From Mizuhopecten yessoensis (lineage: Eukaryota): 64,000 nucleotides of DNA. The notes under the pieces are model-generated. The model did no database searches. It was not told where the DNA came from and saw nothing but the letters and a program-made list of their open reading frames with translations. Location: assembly GCF_002113885.1 (NCBI RefSeq), contig NW_018407955.1, positions 442,020-506,019 of the forward strand, written 5' to 3'. Below, in pieces: positions 12,001 through 23,866 of the stretch (within the stretch, counting starts at the first letter, position 1; each line of letters starts with the position of its first letter). Position numbers and translations under genes: made by a program.

Positions 12001-15000
12001 ATCCTCCGTGAATCGATGAAAAGTTCCCAATATGAACAAAAGCTGTAAAATTAGAAATGTAACCATCAGATATCACGATTATATTCTCCAAATAGTGACA
12101 GCATGTAACCACATTTAGACCTTACTCATTACTATCATTGTTTACACTCCCTAAATAATCAACTTAAACTTGGACATGCTTTCATTCCAAATAGGGTATA
12201 TGAATCATTTTTAGACCAAGTCTCAATTTGAGTGTGCTTGTTAAATACAGCAACACTTGGGTGTCATCTAAATTAATGTATATGCCATCTAAACTGAAAT
12301 ATCAAAACAAGTACAACAAAACAAGAAAGCGTTTTGGTGGAGTTGTTACATGTTCAAAATTCCAGAAAAGAAGGTATATTTATTTAATATCATTAAAAAA
12401 AAATCAACATTTCAAGTACTGCAAACCGCTTTAAATGTTTAAAATTACAACTTTATTCTACATTTAAGTGCATCTAAAATAACACACTATCTGACAGAAA
12501 AATTTGTGTGATACACTAAGAAGCCCATCAGTAACTGACGAATCATCTTGCACAAAATATGCAGTTTCATTATTTTGTCATTACTTTTTCAGAAAAGCTA
12601 TATTTAGTCTTTACAAAGAGAGCATGCAATTTGTCAAATAAACTACAGTACATCTTGTTCTATCCTCCCAAAATTCTAAATTCCAGCAAGACCAAGAAAA
12701 GGACAGCATAGTATTTTCTGTAGTTGCATATACTTAACTTTACGAAAGGAATACTAACCAAAACACCTCTTATGAGCAATCACTCATTTGTGAGTGCGTT
12801 CATGGGCCTGTTCTTGGATCCTTTGGTTCCGAGACATTTAAGATTTTAGCTTATTACCCGTAGAGTGTACCCTGCTACGAAGCCGTTCTTTGACTGATTT
12901 CAATCAGGGGAGGCGATTTTTTAATGATATCTCTGATTGTGAGAGGAAACAGATCGTATAAGTTACTGGACACAAGAAAATGGCACATACTTCATTTCAA
13001 AATGTACACAACTTTTTATCAAACAACTCAGACTTGTATGTGACAGGTATATTAAAATAACAACAAAAAACAAAAACAAAAACAATCAAACAATTCTAAA
13101 GAAAAAATATGCTACAATATATCTGACTTATTGAAATGATAGATATCACTCCTACATTTTATGTATGACTTTTAACTGACACATCAGATATTGGTTAACT
13201 CTAGATCTATACCTTTTCCAAATGTAGCAAGCAAACACCCTCAAATGACTTAAAAATAGAAAGCAATAAATATGTTTATACCTGGCTTAAATGCTTTCAC
13301 TCGTTTCTTAAAATACAAATCATAAATAATACCATACTGATACCATGATCATTTTTTTAAACATTAATTTGATGGAAAACTGTGAAATTTGAACCAATAG
13401 TACTGGTAAAAAATAACTGAACAAATACATGTGTATATACTGCCTTATAGGTAAAGGATAGCATAACAAATAATTATAATTTTAAAAATGACAAGTAGAA
13501 TATTTTAACAACCTTCAAGCAAGCAAATTGATCATATAAAATCTGAACATGTGCATCAATAAAATACAAATTTCACAAAGGACCTGCAACATACATACTT
13601 TTGATGTCGATTCTGCCCCCACACCCAAGAACGTACCCTGTATACGTATCACTCCCTATTCACATCAAATGTTAATTTCCCCACCCCATATGTGCAATAC
13701 TCCAAAGTTCCCTTGCATACATGTACATTCATATCATTAATTACTTCCAAGACCTGGTTGTTCAAAACTTTTCTTGCAAATCATTAGCTGCAATTTTACA
13801 ATTTCCTTTTTCTTAAAATTTCTTGAACGAGTTGTTTGGTACCTTTGTTTCTGACAAATCTTCTGTCCAATATTTTGAATCGACATACATTTTTAACTAT
13901 TTTGAAATTAGAACACTTTTTAAAGCAAACATATCAGTTATTGAACAACTTGACCCTGAATGTCAACAAGTCAATTCTGGTTCTAGTGATATACAATTCA
14001 GAAAGAATCAACACATTACAATAGCAAATGACGGATTATATTTATCTGTAAATACTGCACTTAAGGTAACATTAAAAACCACTCACAAATGAACCCTCAA
14101 AAAGTGAAAAGAAGAAACTAATAAACAGAAGTAAAACTTATATCACAATTCAAAGTTGTTATTGGAACCATAACACTTCCAAGATCAAGTGAACCTAAAT
14201 TATTGGTATGTAGTTTGCTACAAGGCCATCCCACAAAACAAAAACAATATTTCAAACAAGCAAGGTTACAATTATTTTTCAATGTTTTCACATTGTTACA
14301 AACATATATATACATATGTTACCAAATTGAAGGCAAGACATTCTGTTTAATATTACAAAATATCGACGACTATTCATTACCCTTTCTTCCAACTGGTTGT
14401 AAACAAATTCCACAATGACATCATCCTCGTATCCACCGAGCGAGTCTGTGACTTTCTGTGCTATCCAGGGCTTGATGATGTCAACATTCACTTTGGACAT
14501 GTCCACCTACAAAATACCTTGCGTTATATTTCTGAACAATTTAACTGTATCCCCCCAAATAATAGGTTTATGGATCTACGCTTCAACTACAGTTAAGCAC
14601 CTTGGGTAGCTCTGTCTACTGTTTAATGTTGAGATTAGATACACAGTACGAGGCCTAGATTAGGTCTACAGTTTAGAGACCAGGTGAGTTCTACACTGTT
14701 AAGGGTGTAGATGGTCTACAGTTACCAGTAAGAGCCTGAGTGAGTTCTCCTGTTTAAAACTGTTAATTATATAAGGGCCTATATTTGTGGTCTATTGTTA
14801 GTTCGTTCAAGTCATATTGGGCACTTACAAAACTCAAAACAGAAGAAATAGTCTATTCTCAAGGCCCTAGACAAGAACTACTATCAAGGTACAGTACTAG
14901 TAGAGGGCCTTGAATTTTCTATGTAAAAGTAGTTCTGCCTGTATCTTTGTCAACCAAAATATTGTTTAGATGTAAGGACACCAACATCACAACACTATTT

Positions 15001-17720
15001 TGATGTTATATCAACTATATAAAGTGACTTTATAACATCTATTTAAATATTTACCACCGTTCATTTTATGCAGCAAATTTATAATCATAACATACCTTCT
15101 TTTCCAATTCATCTGAAAACTTCATAGATTTCATCAGCTTCTTCTTTTTGTCTGAGAATCTGTTATCCTGATCGGCACTAGTACCCTAAAACACATAAAA
15201 TAACAAAATTAAGTTAATCTTGAAAATTTCATTTTTTGGGTCAAATTTCATGAATTAGTTTTTCAGGCCATTTTTCCAAAAAGTAATAAGGCAGGCAAGT
15301 ATGATTAACTCTAATGCTTAATTTAATTAAGTTTCTAGCTTAAGCTAACGTTACATTCACAATGTTTCGAAAACAATAAATACTTCCACACAACTACATT
15401 GTTCTTGATTTTATGACATTCTTCGTATGTAAACGGTGTCCCCTCTTTTTCGGTTTATGCATTTGAAGCAAACGGAGTAAATGCCATCCTCTTTGTTTAG
15501 GTTAGTCAGGGAAAAACCAACCGGTCGAAAATGGCTTACGCCACACGCAGAAAAATATTGAGAGACTCTCATGTCAAAACAAGTGATGGCTGTTTTGAAG
15601 CTCGAAATCAGGAGACTTTCAGTGATATCGTGAGACATGTACATCACACGTACGCTTACAAAGGGAATACCTCGGGGATATATCCTAGGTCCCCTACTAT
15701 TTCACATTTTTAGCAATGATATATTTTACTCCATAAATGACACTACCCTTCTTAATTATGCAGACGATAACAATCTTTCATATATTCACTAATGTTATCA
15801 AGTTTCATAACAAACTCTTGAAAGAGAAAGTCTAAAATTAGAAAATGGTTTGATGACAACCAGATGCAAGCTAACCCAGATAAGTTTCAAGTGCTTTCGT
15901 TAGGGAAAAAAACTTCTAACCAGAAACCAATCTTCTCTATAGGAGAAACTGACATAAAATGTGAAGAATCAGTCAAACTTTTTGGGGTGGAAATTGATTA
16001 TTTGATAGATTTTTCAAAACATATTTCCAATATTTGTTCAAAGGCATCACAATGATAAATGTTCTAAAACGAATAGGTCACCACCTCACTTTCAAAGGGA
16101 GAAAAGCAATTTCACAATGCCTTCGTTTTGTCAAATTTCCAATTTTTGCCCAATATAAATGTTACATAGACAGATTACGAAAAAAAGCAATAGAAACTTT
16201 TAGAATTATCCGACAGATCCAATTCATGTTTATGATGATAACTTCTCTTTTAGATACGGAAATATGCTGAAATTACCATCGGTAAGAACAGAAAGGTACG
16301 ACCGAAACAGCTGTTCATACCTATCAGCAAAACTTGCGCAAAATCTACCTGAAAATGCAAGACACGCAGTAGATCTCATCAGTTTCAAAAAGTGTTTGGA
16401 AGATTGGAATGGTGTTTCCTGTAAAAGTTCATCTTGTAAATTTTCTAACAAAATATAGTCTGGTTTATGCGTGTTGTGTACTTTCTTCGAATTTTTTTTT
16501 ATTAATCTAGTGCTATAACGTTATATATATGACTACATGTATGTGCAAAGTGCATGGTAGATAGTTGTGTTATATGTTTATCAAAGCAGGAGGGCTTGCT
16601 GGTAGGGATTGGCCATACATCTCTTCATCCCTGCTATGTATGTGCAATGTGTTTATTAAAGCAGGAGGAATTGCTGGTAGGAATTGGTCAAACCGCTGGC
16701 CATCCATGCTATGTATGTGCTTTAGCAAATAAGTGCATAGTAGATAGTGCTATAAATGAATGTGCAATGCGTTTATCAAAACATGAGGGCTTGCTGGTAG
16801 GGATTGGCCTAACCACTTCCATCCACGCTATGGTTGTGCTTTTATTTATGTGTATACATGCCTTATGTGTGTACTGTCAATGAGCATTTTACCGTGTATA
16901 TTAATTTAACAGCCAAAATGAACGCTACCAGGGCAGATGGTCTTGCAGGAAGGGGCTGTCGCAATTGCTTGACCTCTGTGCTACTAGTGCTGGGAATCGG
17001 TCAAATATTCAAGATCGATAATCGGTTTAAATGACCTACTCGTGTAGCATAAGAGGCCAGCCGATTTTATTATCTGATTGATTGTGCCGACTGATGAGAA
17101 ATGCTCGAATTAAGTGTCCTCATTCGACGTACCAAATATTATGACACTGGTGAGTGCGCATATACTATAGTGCATATAATAACAGAGTAATGTTTTTTTC
17201 TGGATTTTTCAGATGATTAAAAACAAACATTTCTTTTTAAAGGTTTTGGGAAATTTTGTAGGGCAGAATTGAACGATGGAGTGGAGAAACATGTCATCAT
17301 TTCTAGATAGTCGAGTTGGTTGTAACTTGTTACTAGGATCAATTGCTACAAGCTCGTTTTGAATTTTGTATATATCAATCGTGAGACGTGCGGTTTTTTT
17401 TGTCTTGTTTCTGATCCGACTATGCGACTGCAACGTCAGCGCCGACACAACATGTTTTTAATTGACAAATTAGAATCAAAAGTGCTAATATAGTTTATAT
17501 CAGGGGATATTCGTTCGAAAAAGCATGTCTTCTGATTGATACAAATTACACTGAATATCCGATACAGTATTGCACATGGAATCGAAACTGAAATTTTGCG
17601 AAGTATATTTCAATATTTTGTGTCGTACATTTCAAGCGACTGGTTCTCTTTTTAACAAAATACTTCAATTGCCTATTTCTGGCTATAACACACTACCTTG
17701 AAGAACCCTGCGTCTGTCAT
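91..17720 (-). CDS. SRRM1: Serine/arginine repetitive matrix protein 1 (SRm160), multi-exon; 3' end lies beyond the left edge of the window
   Basis: Exons 17697-17720, 15096-15185, 14381-14506, 11337-11507, 8962-9080, 8528-8677, 8091-8267, 7630-7923, 7423-7495, 5901-6051, 5225-5324, 3758-3874, 1310-2981 and 91-210, all GT-AG and phase-compatible (1128 codons). Translation begins MTDAGFFK|GTSADQDNRFSDKKKKLMKSMKF...IKPWIAQKVTDSLGGYEDDVIVEFVYNQLE...PDPKEMQINLTGFL (PWI domain). It continues through a long RS/SP-rich region to the C-terminal KKKKKKEKKKHKKHKKHK tract typical of SRRM1. Confidence 0.95.
1590..2000 (-). repeat. Coding tandem repeat (RRQSGSPPPQ-like, about 11-12 aa) inside the large SRRM1 exon
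   Basis: Repeated units RKQSGSPT, RKQSGSPPPQ, RRQSGSPPPQ, RRESGSPP, RKQSDSPP in ORF 1277..2980. Confidence 0.8.
4132..5214. mobile_element. Non-autonomous Tc1/mariner-pogo-type DNA transposon remnant
   Basis: Imperfect terminal inverted repeats: left ggaaccccgcttattatat near 4138; right caataagtgggttccactg ending at 5214 and followed by TA. The interior is richer in CpG than the host intron. Confidence 0.55.
6753..7297. mobile_element. PIF/Harbinger-type MITE (545 bp)
   Basis: TIRs GGGCTATTCCAGTTAAAAATGTCACCCACTAG and CTAGTGGGTGAAATTTTAACTGGAATAGCCC, with a TAA target duplication at 6750-6752 and 7298-7300. Confidence 0.85.
9350..10882. mobile_element. Composite transposon remnant in SRRM1 intron 4
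   Basis: CpG-rich block with an internal inverted repeat at 9572-9622 / 10307-10357 and a hammerhead-like motif. It ends in a pogo-like terminus (gtgtgcactatatgcaaatattaacgg|ta); the matching left end was not found. Confidence 0.45.
9745..9810 (-). ncRNA. Minimal type I hammerhead ribozyme-like motif (Penelope-type)
   Basis: Minus strand reads catttgt-CTGATGA-a-ggtgac-(loop)-gtcatc-GAAA-C-GTC-acatagaaaatg: conserved core, pairable stem II, and a palindromic ACGT in place of stem III. Confidence 0.55.
15670..16458 (+). mobile_element. Degenerate CR1/L2-group LINE, 3' part of the reverse transcriptase
   Basis: Broken frames give LGSLLFHIFSND...NYADDNNL...MQANPDKFQVL...VKLFGVEID...HISNICSKASQ...LKRI...SFKKCLEDWNG. 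Confidence 0.85.
16570..16835 (+). repeat. Three imperfect repeats, probably the LINE 3' UTR
   Basis: tttatcaaagcaggagggcttgctggtagggattggcc-like unit near 16577, 16652 and 16772. Confidence 0.6.
17230..17450 (-). mobile_element. LINE ORF2 C-terminal fragment
   Basis: ARLTIDIYKIQNELVAIDP...TRLSRN resembles the RL..FYKI.N.LVAI tail of non-LTR ORF2 proteins. Confidence 0.5.
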
Positions 17721-17860
17721 ATTTGCAGGTGCGTTTACGCTGTGCAATTCGCTTGTACGCCAGGAATCGGGAATAATATGGCGACAAGATTCGGCGTGTC
17801 CCACAATGCAATATACCGGATGTACAGAAAACACGTGGCAACTCCAAATGAAGAAGAGGC
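17721..17860 (-). promoter_or_regulatory. Probable SRRM1 5' UTR/promoter
   Basis: CpG-containing region immediately upstream of the ATG, with a YY1-like motif (AATATGGCG on plus, about 17775-17783). Confidence 0.4.
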
Positions 17861-18038
17861 ATATGGGCCTGTATCGCTCTGTAATCTCTCGCAAATTAAA
17901 GACTTAATTTTATACCACTAGCTCCGAAAACGTTGGTAAAGGCTAATGTGAAATCATAAAGGTTGTTATAGACCCGAGGGATAATGTTGCAAGCAGTTGA
18001 TTTATTTTACATTAAAATAATAAGTAACAGCTAGACAG

Positions 18039-19362
18039 TGTGGTGAATTTAGGGGAGAGTTATTTCCCTTAGACCGTTAATCTCGGCGCGGTCTCTTAAC
18101 ATCCTGAAATCAAACTGATGACACGTGGGTGATTTTCCTCCGCATAGTCTTATAGTTTGGAACCTGAGAGCAGTTCCCAACAACATGTTGTGACGGTGTG
18201 TAGCCACACACCAAATTCACGACATTTGGTGTCAAAGTTCCCTCTGGCTCGCCACGTGTGCTAGCCTAATTGACCAGTGCGCGAATTACGAGTGAGAGAA
18301 TTTGGGACAGTTCTATTAGTTTATTCACGGACTTAGATAACAGATATTCCGTGGTTTATTGTTATTTATTTAATTATTTATTAGGGATAATTCAGAGTCG
18401 GCGGTTCGCTGCCGTTCTGATATTTATATTTAATTTAATTTAGTTTACTTGTTACTTTGTACTTTGTACGGAGCTCCATTCGCCTGTATTGAGGGCCTCC
18501 CATATTGGCGGAATACATATGACAGGCGAGACTTGAGTTTTCGTTAGGTTAGAACTGTTAGTAAAATAATATTGTAGGATATTTATTATATGTACTGTTA
18601 GCTTTATACAGCTAGTTATATATTACATTAGATTAGGAATTAAGTATTTTAGGAATTCGAAATCGTTTTGTAAACTGTTAATTTGTAGTCGTTTGAATTT
18701 TGTACGGGACATATACACGTGTCTACTTGTAGCAACGTTAGTATACTGTCCTTGTGCATAATTTTGTAAATGTTTAGTTAAGTGTTTTGACTTGTTTCTT
18801 TATTATAACTTAGAAACTTTTCCGTATCTTGATCGGTGTCTCATAGTTGAGAATGGCTGCTATCAATTTACGGTCAGCTACACAGGATGACCTTGGTGCA
18901 CGTTGGAGGGTTTAGGCCCTGCGACGGCACAGAAAGTCTTGGAGATGAGAGATGAGGGCGACCTCACTCTACAAAAACTGGTGTCTCTTTCGAGGATAGG
19001 CATGGAAAGGTGGCAGAAATGGCTATGTGATGGGGTTATCACGGGCATAATGGTCACCGCTCCCGTAGAGGTGCAATCACCATGCCTATCAACCTCATCA
19101 CAGGCAGATAGGCTTAATAGACAAGAGGACGCAGTGATGGACATGCAGCATCAATTTAAGGAGCTGCAGGTCCAGTTTAGAGACTTAGTGGTAACACTGG
19201 AGACAGAGGCTCTTAAAAAATCAGAAGAGAGCATGGCTGCCTCGCCTCCAAAGAAGACCTCTAATCCAGCCACTATGCAACTGACTACACCTAAGGGTGG
19301 TCAGTATGTCAGAAGCCAAGGGCAACAAACAAATAGCTGGTCACTCTTGGGGGATAGAGGTA
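18039..19362 (+). mobile_element. 5' fragment of a Gypsy-type LTR retrotransposon (LTR, PBS, leader, gag N-terminus)
   Basis: LTR 18039-18224 bounded by TGTGGTGAATTT...AAATTCACGACA (11/12 inverted match), then tt-TGGTGTCA resembling a tRNA-Leu PBS, an AT-rich leader, and a gag-like ORF from ATG 18853. Confidence 0.75.
18853..19362 (+). pseudogene. Gag-like fragment with N-terminal helix-hairpin-helix (ComEA/HHH_3-like) motif and coiled coil
   Basis: With one frameshift near 18895: MAAINLRSATQDDL-CTLEGLGPATAQKVLEMRDEG..., then a heptad-like segment RLNRQEDAVMDMQHQFKELQVQFRDL. Confidence 0.6.
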
Positions 19363-19638
19363 CAATTCATGCTTCCACTTTAAATTCAGTTTTACAACTT
19401 AAAATAATTTTAAACTTGAATTTAGTTTTGACAATATATCAACATGTACGTATGAAGTCGCTTTAACTTTGACTTTTAAACTCTATTTTTTTTTCAATTT
19501 GAAATTCAACAATATACAATTACCATGTAATCTGTATACATATGAACATATTTTTTCAATCATTTATCATTCATGACGACTTCTGTATGATAACACATTT
19601 GAATAAATACTTGTAAAACTTCACTTCTGTTTCATTTT

Positions 19639-21916
19639 TTAATGCCAACTCATTGCAGAAATTATGTAATGACCAAACGCAAGCGTATCACGCCGATTTG
19701 GCAAGACCCAACGTTTGTCATCGAAGGCACACAGACCCAACTTGTTGACGGCATAAACGTACAGTTGGTATTTATCGCTTCTAATCGAATTCATTTTACA
19801 TATTTCAATTTTGTTTTCGAATAAACAGTCCATGTACATTTCTTGCCTTAGATCGCGTCTGATGGTCGTCTTTGCAACACCCTTAGCTACCTGTTTTTTT
19901 AAATTTCACTACGCTTTCCGTTAGAATGTGTGCATCGAACCGTTTTAAGTTGTGAAAAACACACGGTATGTGACTAGGATATTTGTACTTCAAATTACAC
20001 TCGGTATGGGCAGCGCCGCGAAATTTACCACTCAAATGGCAGTGATCTCGCATCACTGTACTGCTGTCCGTGAAGTGTTTGCCGCATATGTGACATCGAC
20101 TACTTGTCATGAAAGACTGCTCGTCCTGAAGAGTCATGACGAGCGGTTCTGGATGATCTAAATATCTTTGATTTGTTTTTCTTCCTCTATGATACATTAC
20201 AAAAAAACTTTTTACTAACGTTGTCCCACCTGTAAATGACGGGTGGTTTCGTATATCTGTCTTCCACTTGGTATCCAAACCCACAGGGTTCGAATTTTGC
20301 ACTCTTGGTCGTGCTTGAATAGTCTGGGTTTGGCTCACAAGAATCCATTTGATCTTCACATGTTTCGAAATCGGCATAGATGATGAAAGGTACTTTCATT
20401 TGTTTCTGAAAGTCCTGAAATGATAAGAGAGCATCGTCTTCACTGGGAAATTCTATTCTCTGTGTTTTGTGATTGGAATATAGTTCCACGTGTTTGTTTA
20501 ACAGTACGTTACTTGTGAAACATTGCAAACAATGCTGACAAAAATGTGTTTGATGTTTCGTTTTTTTCGTTCTACTTAAAATGTGTTTAAATTTGGAATG
20601 CGGCAGTAATGTGTTTTTACACCTTCTTGTAAAAAGAGCAGATTGACGTGATGACGGGACTGTTTCGTCTTTGTCACGTACATGGGATAAACGGTTTTAT
20701 CCTCAACCCCAAATACGTTTACTGCTATATCGTTCTGTCTTTCGAATTTGTCGATTTGAGAAATGGAGACGGGATACTTGATACCTGTCATATCTAATTC
20801 ACATTCGTACTTCTCGTAATGAGAAACGCGTTCGGGTAGGGCAACGACCGGATGGAGAGACGCCAAAACCGACCATAAGAAGCACTTTTCGTCACGATTA
20901 AGGACATTGATCAAATGGTGTGTATGAAAAGTGGATGGAGGCGGTATGTAAGAGGAACTATTCAGAGGTGAGTAATTTGCAACGTGTATTTCTAGCTTGA
21001 TGATTTTCTTGAGTACCCATGCAGACCCTTGTCGAACGAATTCCTCCAATGAGGCAACATTTTCTGATAAGCGTCATTAATATCGTGTTCTAGACCCGAT
21101 TCATTTGGCATCAATATGTATGTTTTACTCAAGAAATGTGGTGTGGTCTGCACTACATTACATTCTCGATCTTCTTTTTCCAATGATGTACGAATGTTTA
21201 AGTTCCATTTAATCCCATTCAAACTCTCACACAGATTTTGTACATGTTCCATCACTTCCATTTTTGAAATAGTAAAAAATGTGAGTATGTCAGTATTGTC
21301 CTCGAAATTCGGAAAAATATATCTGACATTAGCATTTCCTCCCAAACTCACATCGTCCGAAAAAGTATGTCCTTCTTGCACAGATGATCCCAACAGCGGC
21401 GACTGAACAACGGAAGGCCCCGGCAGCGGCGACTGATCTCGCATTGGTGGTGGTGTCCTTGAGGGTTCAGGTAGAGATGATTGAATAGCTTTTACCACCA
21501 GTCTGTGTTAACCCATGACTCTTGTTCACATGTGCTTTCATGATATATTTCCCTTTGAACGTCTTATTGCATACGTGACATTTGTGATTTCTCTTTTTTT
21601 GCACGTTATTCACGTGTATCCTCAGGTTACTTGAATCGTTAAACATCTTCCCACATACATTACACCTTAACTGTTGGTAATGCGTCTTCATGTGATTATC
21701 CAGTTTGTTTTATGTAGGAAATGACTTCTCACACACGTCACTATTACTGTCTTTAAGCACGTTATTTTGTTCACCACTATTTTCATGTCTGAATTTTTTA
21801 GTCGGAGATAAATCCACTGCATCCAATATCCTTTTCAACTTTCTCGCAGTTTCTATGGCATTTTCGTTTCCACTGGACATTGGACTAAGTAAATCCTCAA
21901 CATATCGTACTGTCAT
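19639..21916 (-). pseudogene. Protein-primed family B DNA polymerase with N-terminal C2H2 zinc fingers and an endonuclease VII-like module; frameshifted and internally deleted
   Basis: CNVCGKMFNDSSNLRIH and CHVCNKTF...H fingers; GSAWVL...SSYIP...INVLNRDEKCFLWSVLA; PFIIYADFE (exo I); CHICGK...RDHCHLSGKFRGAAHTECN; VFHNLKRFDAHIL (exo II); C-terminal AKGV...AFDDKRW...TLAFGHY. Confidence 0.9.
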
Positions 21917-22329
21917 GCTTCTCGTTCAAGTGTTCCCTCACTTTCGTCCAAATGTAAAGGTTTTATATCCTGAATGGCAACCATTTTCGCTTGGTTTGTT
22001 TCATTTTGTTCTCAAATTGAAGAGGCGTGGTCTTCACAAAAAGTTTTACACCTCGTTGACTCTTTGCTTTGCTACGCATGCTCCGTCTGAGTGACGTGGG
22101 TTGATCCGCCTGATTGGTTGATCCACACTGGACTTATGGACTTACCGACTTTCATTAGATGGGGTGACATCATCCTCCGACTTATTAGAGGTAATATCGG
22201 TATCCGGTGGGGTGATCAATGAATCGTAGGGTTTTTCATGTCTGATGATGTCGTCATATTTTGTCTTTGATGTCAATATCATTGCTCTAGCCATGTCAAG
22301 TAATTTCCGAAGAATACGGGTAATCTTTT

Positions 22330-22570
22330 ACTCACTGCAAGTAGTCTCCGTCTTCTCTGACGTCTACTGATCCCTCCGTCAATACGCCACGTATGACCAC
22401 TTTATGTTTAGCTATATTCATTTTATCCTGTCAGAAATTGTAATGCTATCTACTGCAACGTTATGAATTATTTCTATCAGAAACTTGAGTTGTTGATCTG
22501 TTAAGGTCAACAAGATGCCTTTCTTCTGCTTGTCCGATGCTATCGACCAGAATTCCACTAAACTTTTCAT
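22330..22570 (-). pseudogene. Small basic Polinton ORF downstream of the ATPase (PW-like position)
   Basis: MKSLVEFWSIASDKQKKGILLTLTDQQLKFLIEIIHNVAVDSITIS...RRQRRRRLL; its ATG overlaps the ATPase stop. Confidence 0.5.
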
Positions 22571-23266
22571 TGTTTTTTAGGGAAATACAACACCGTATCT
22601 TCTCCCGGTAAGATCCTGGTGCGGAGTGGTGGAACTTCGGAGCGTAGGTCGATGGTATTTACGTCTGGAGTGGAAGGTGAGACATTGATTAACAAATAAT
22701 CGAATCTGTTTGACGTTGCCAATTGATTGGCTTCTCTGAAATAAGGCTCTGTCTAGGAAATATCTGTCGCCCCAATGCCTCTACTTGCGATTGATCTATG
22801 TAGTTTCTAAACAGAACGAAATATTGCGTATTTAGACTCAATGTGCGCTTGACTTTTCCTTTTCTGGAATACGTTCTGTACTAAAAACATGACGGTAAAG
22901 TTTTGATGATGAGATTTCAAGCAAAACATTTTCATCAGACGTGGGCTGTCCACTCCCGCTGCCATACAGTCGTCTTTCACCAAAAGTTTATGAACTTCTA
23001 TATCCCCCATTCGTTAAACTGATCTTCGTTTGGTAAACCTTGATGAAACGTGATTTGCCTTAACTCGTCAAATGTGGGCTGCCACGTGTCGTAACATAGA
23101 ATGTTTTTTTGGGGGTGGGGGTGGGTCGCTTAACATACCACTGACGTTCTCCAATATCGTTTTGGTCAGGAATGTTTTTCCGGAACTGGATGCGCCACAT
23201 ATCATAATTCTGCATGGGCCATGGGGATTGAAATTTGATGAGACTTTCTCTGGTATACCATGCCAT
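22567..23266 (-). pseudogene. A32/FtsK-like DNA packaging ATPase
   Basis: Walker A ICGASSSGKT near 23175-23205; CYDTWQP; FHQGLP; Walker B-like LLVKDDCM; SHHQNFTVMFLVQNVF; RTRILPGE at the C-terminus; several frameshifts. Confidence 0.88.
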
Positions 23267-23308
23267 CGTTAATTGTAAAATGACAACACAAACACGATAC
23301 CTTGCTAT

Positions 23309-23866
23309 TTACAAGTTTTTTCTTTCTTTTTCTACAACTTTTTTTTGTCTGAATATAAACATTTTTTCTTGTATACTTTTACGGACTATTTTCAATTCCG
23401 TACAACATGTTTGATGACTATTTATGTTATGAAAACAGTAAGGAAAGGATCTCTGGATGAATTCGTATACATAATTGTCATTTGCTTCTAAGTTATTTCC
23501 AAAAGGTCTTTGGGTGGATTCCATCGGTACCCCTCTACAGCGATTCAATAGATAATACAAATAATATTGCCCACACACTCTCGATGTGTTGCTCTGCAAC
23601 CGTCTGTCGTTGTACTTGTTAGTTTCAAATTAGAAATAACTCGGTGAATGTCCATAACTGTCGAAGAATTCCTTCTTTTCCTTTGATTCACAATAGAAAG
23701 CCAACCAGCGTCTTCCCGGACTATCGCTATTGTCCGTCTTGACGATGTAGCCAATTGGAAATGTTTCCATTTCACCCGGTACCTCGTCACGTGCGTAAAC
23801 CCCTATCACGGTTTCTCTCATAACAGGATCTCAGTCTATGATGCAACGCAACTGTGAGGTGTTCAT
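23309..23866 (-). pseudogene. Adenain-like cysteine (maturation) protease
   Basis: MNTSQL...GVYARDE...YIVKTDNSDSPGRRWLAFY...EFFDSYG...QSNTSRVCGQYYLYYL; the catalytic His position (PGxHW) reads R; stop and frameshift present. Confidence 0.85.

Noticed and set aside
17085-17125. CTGATGAG...CTCGAA hammerhead-like core
   Set aside because: The GAAA box reads GAAT and no convincing stems I or III form
19363-19640. Possible Polinton terminal inverted repeat
   Set aside because: AT-rich, but no AG-repeat terminus and no inverted partner near 27835
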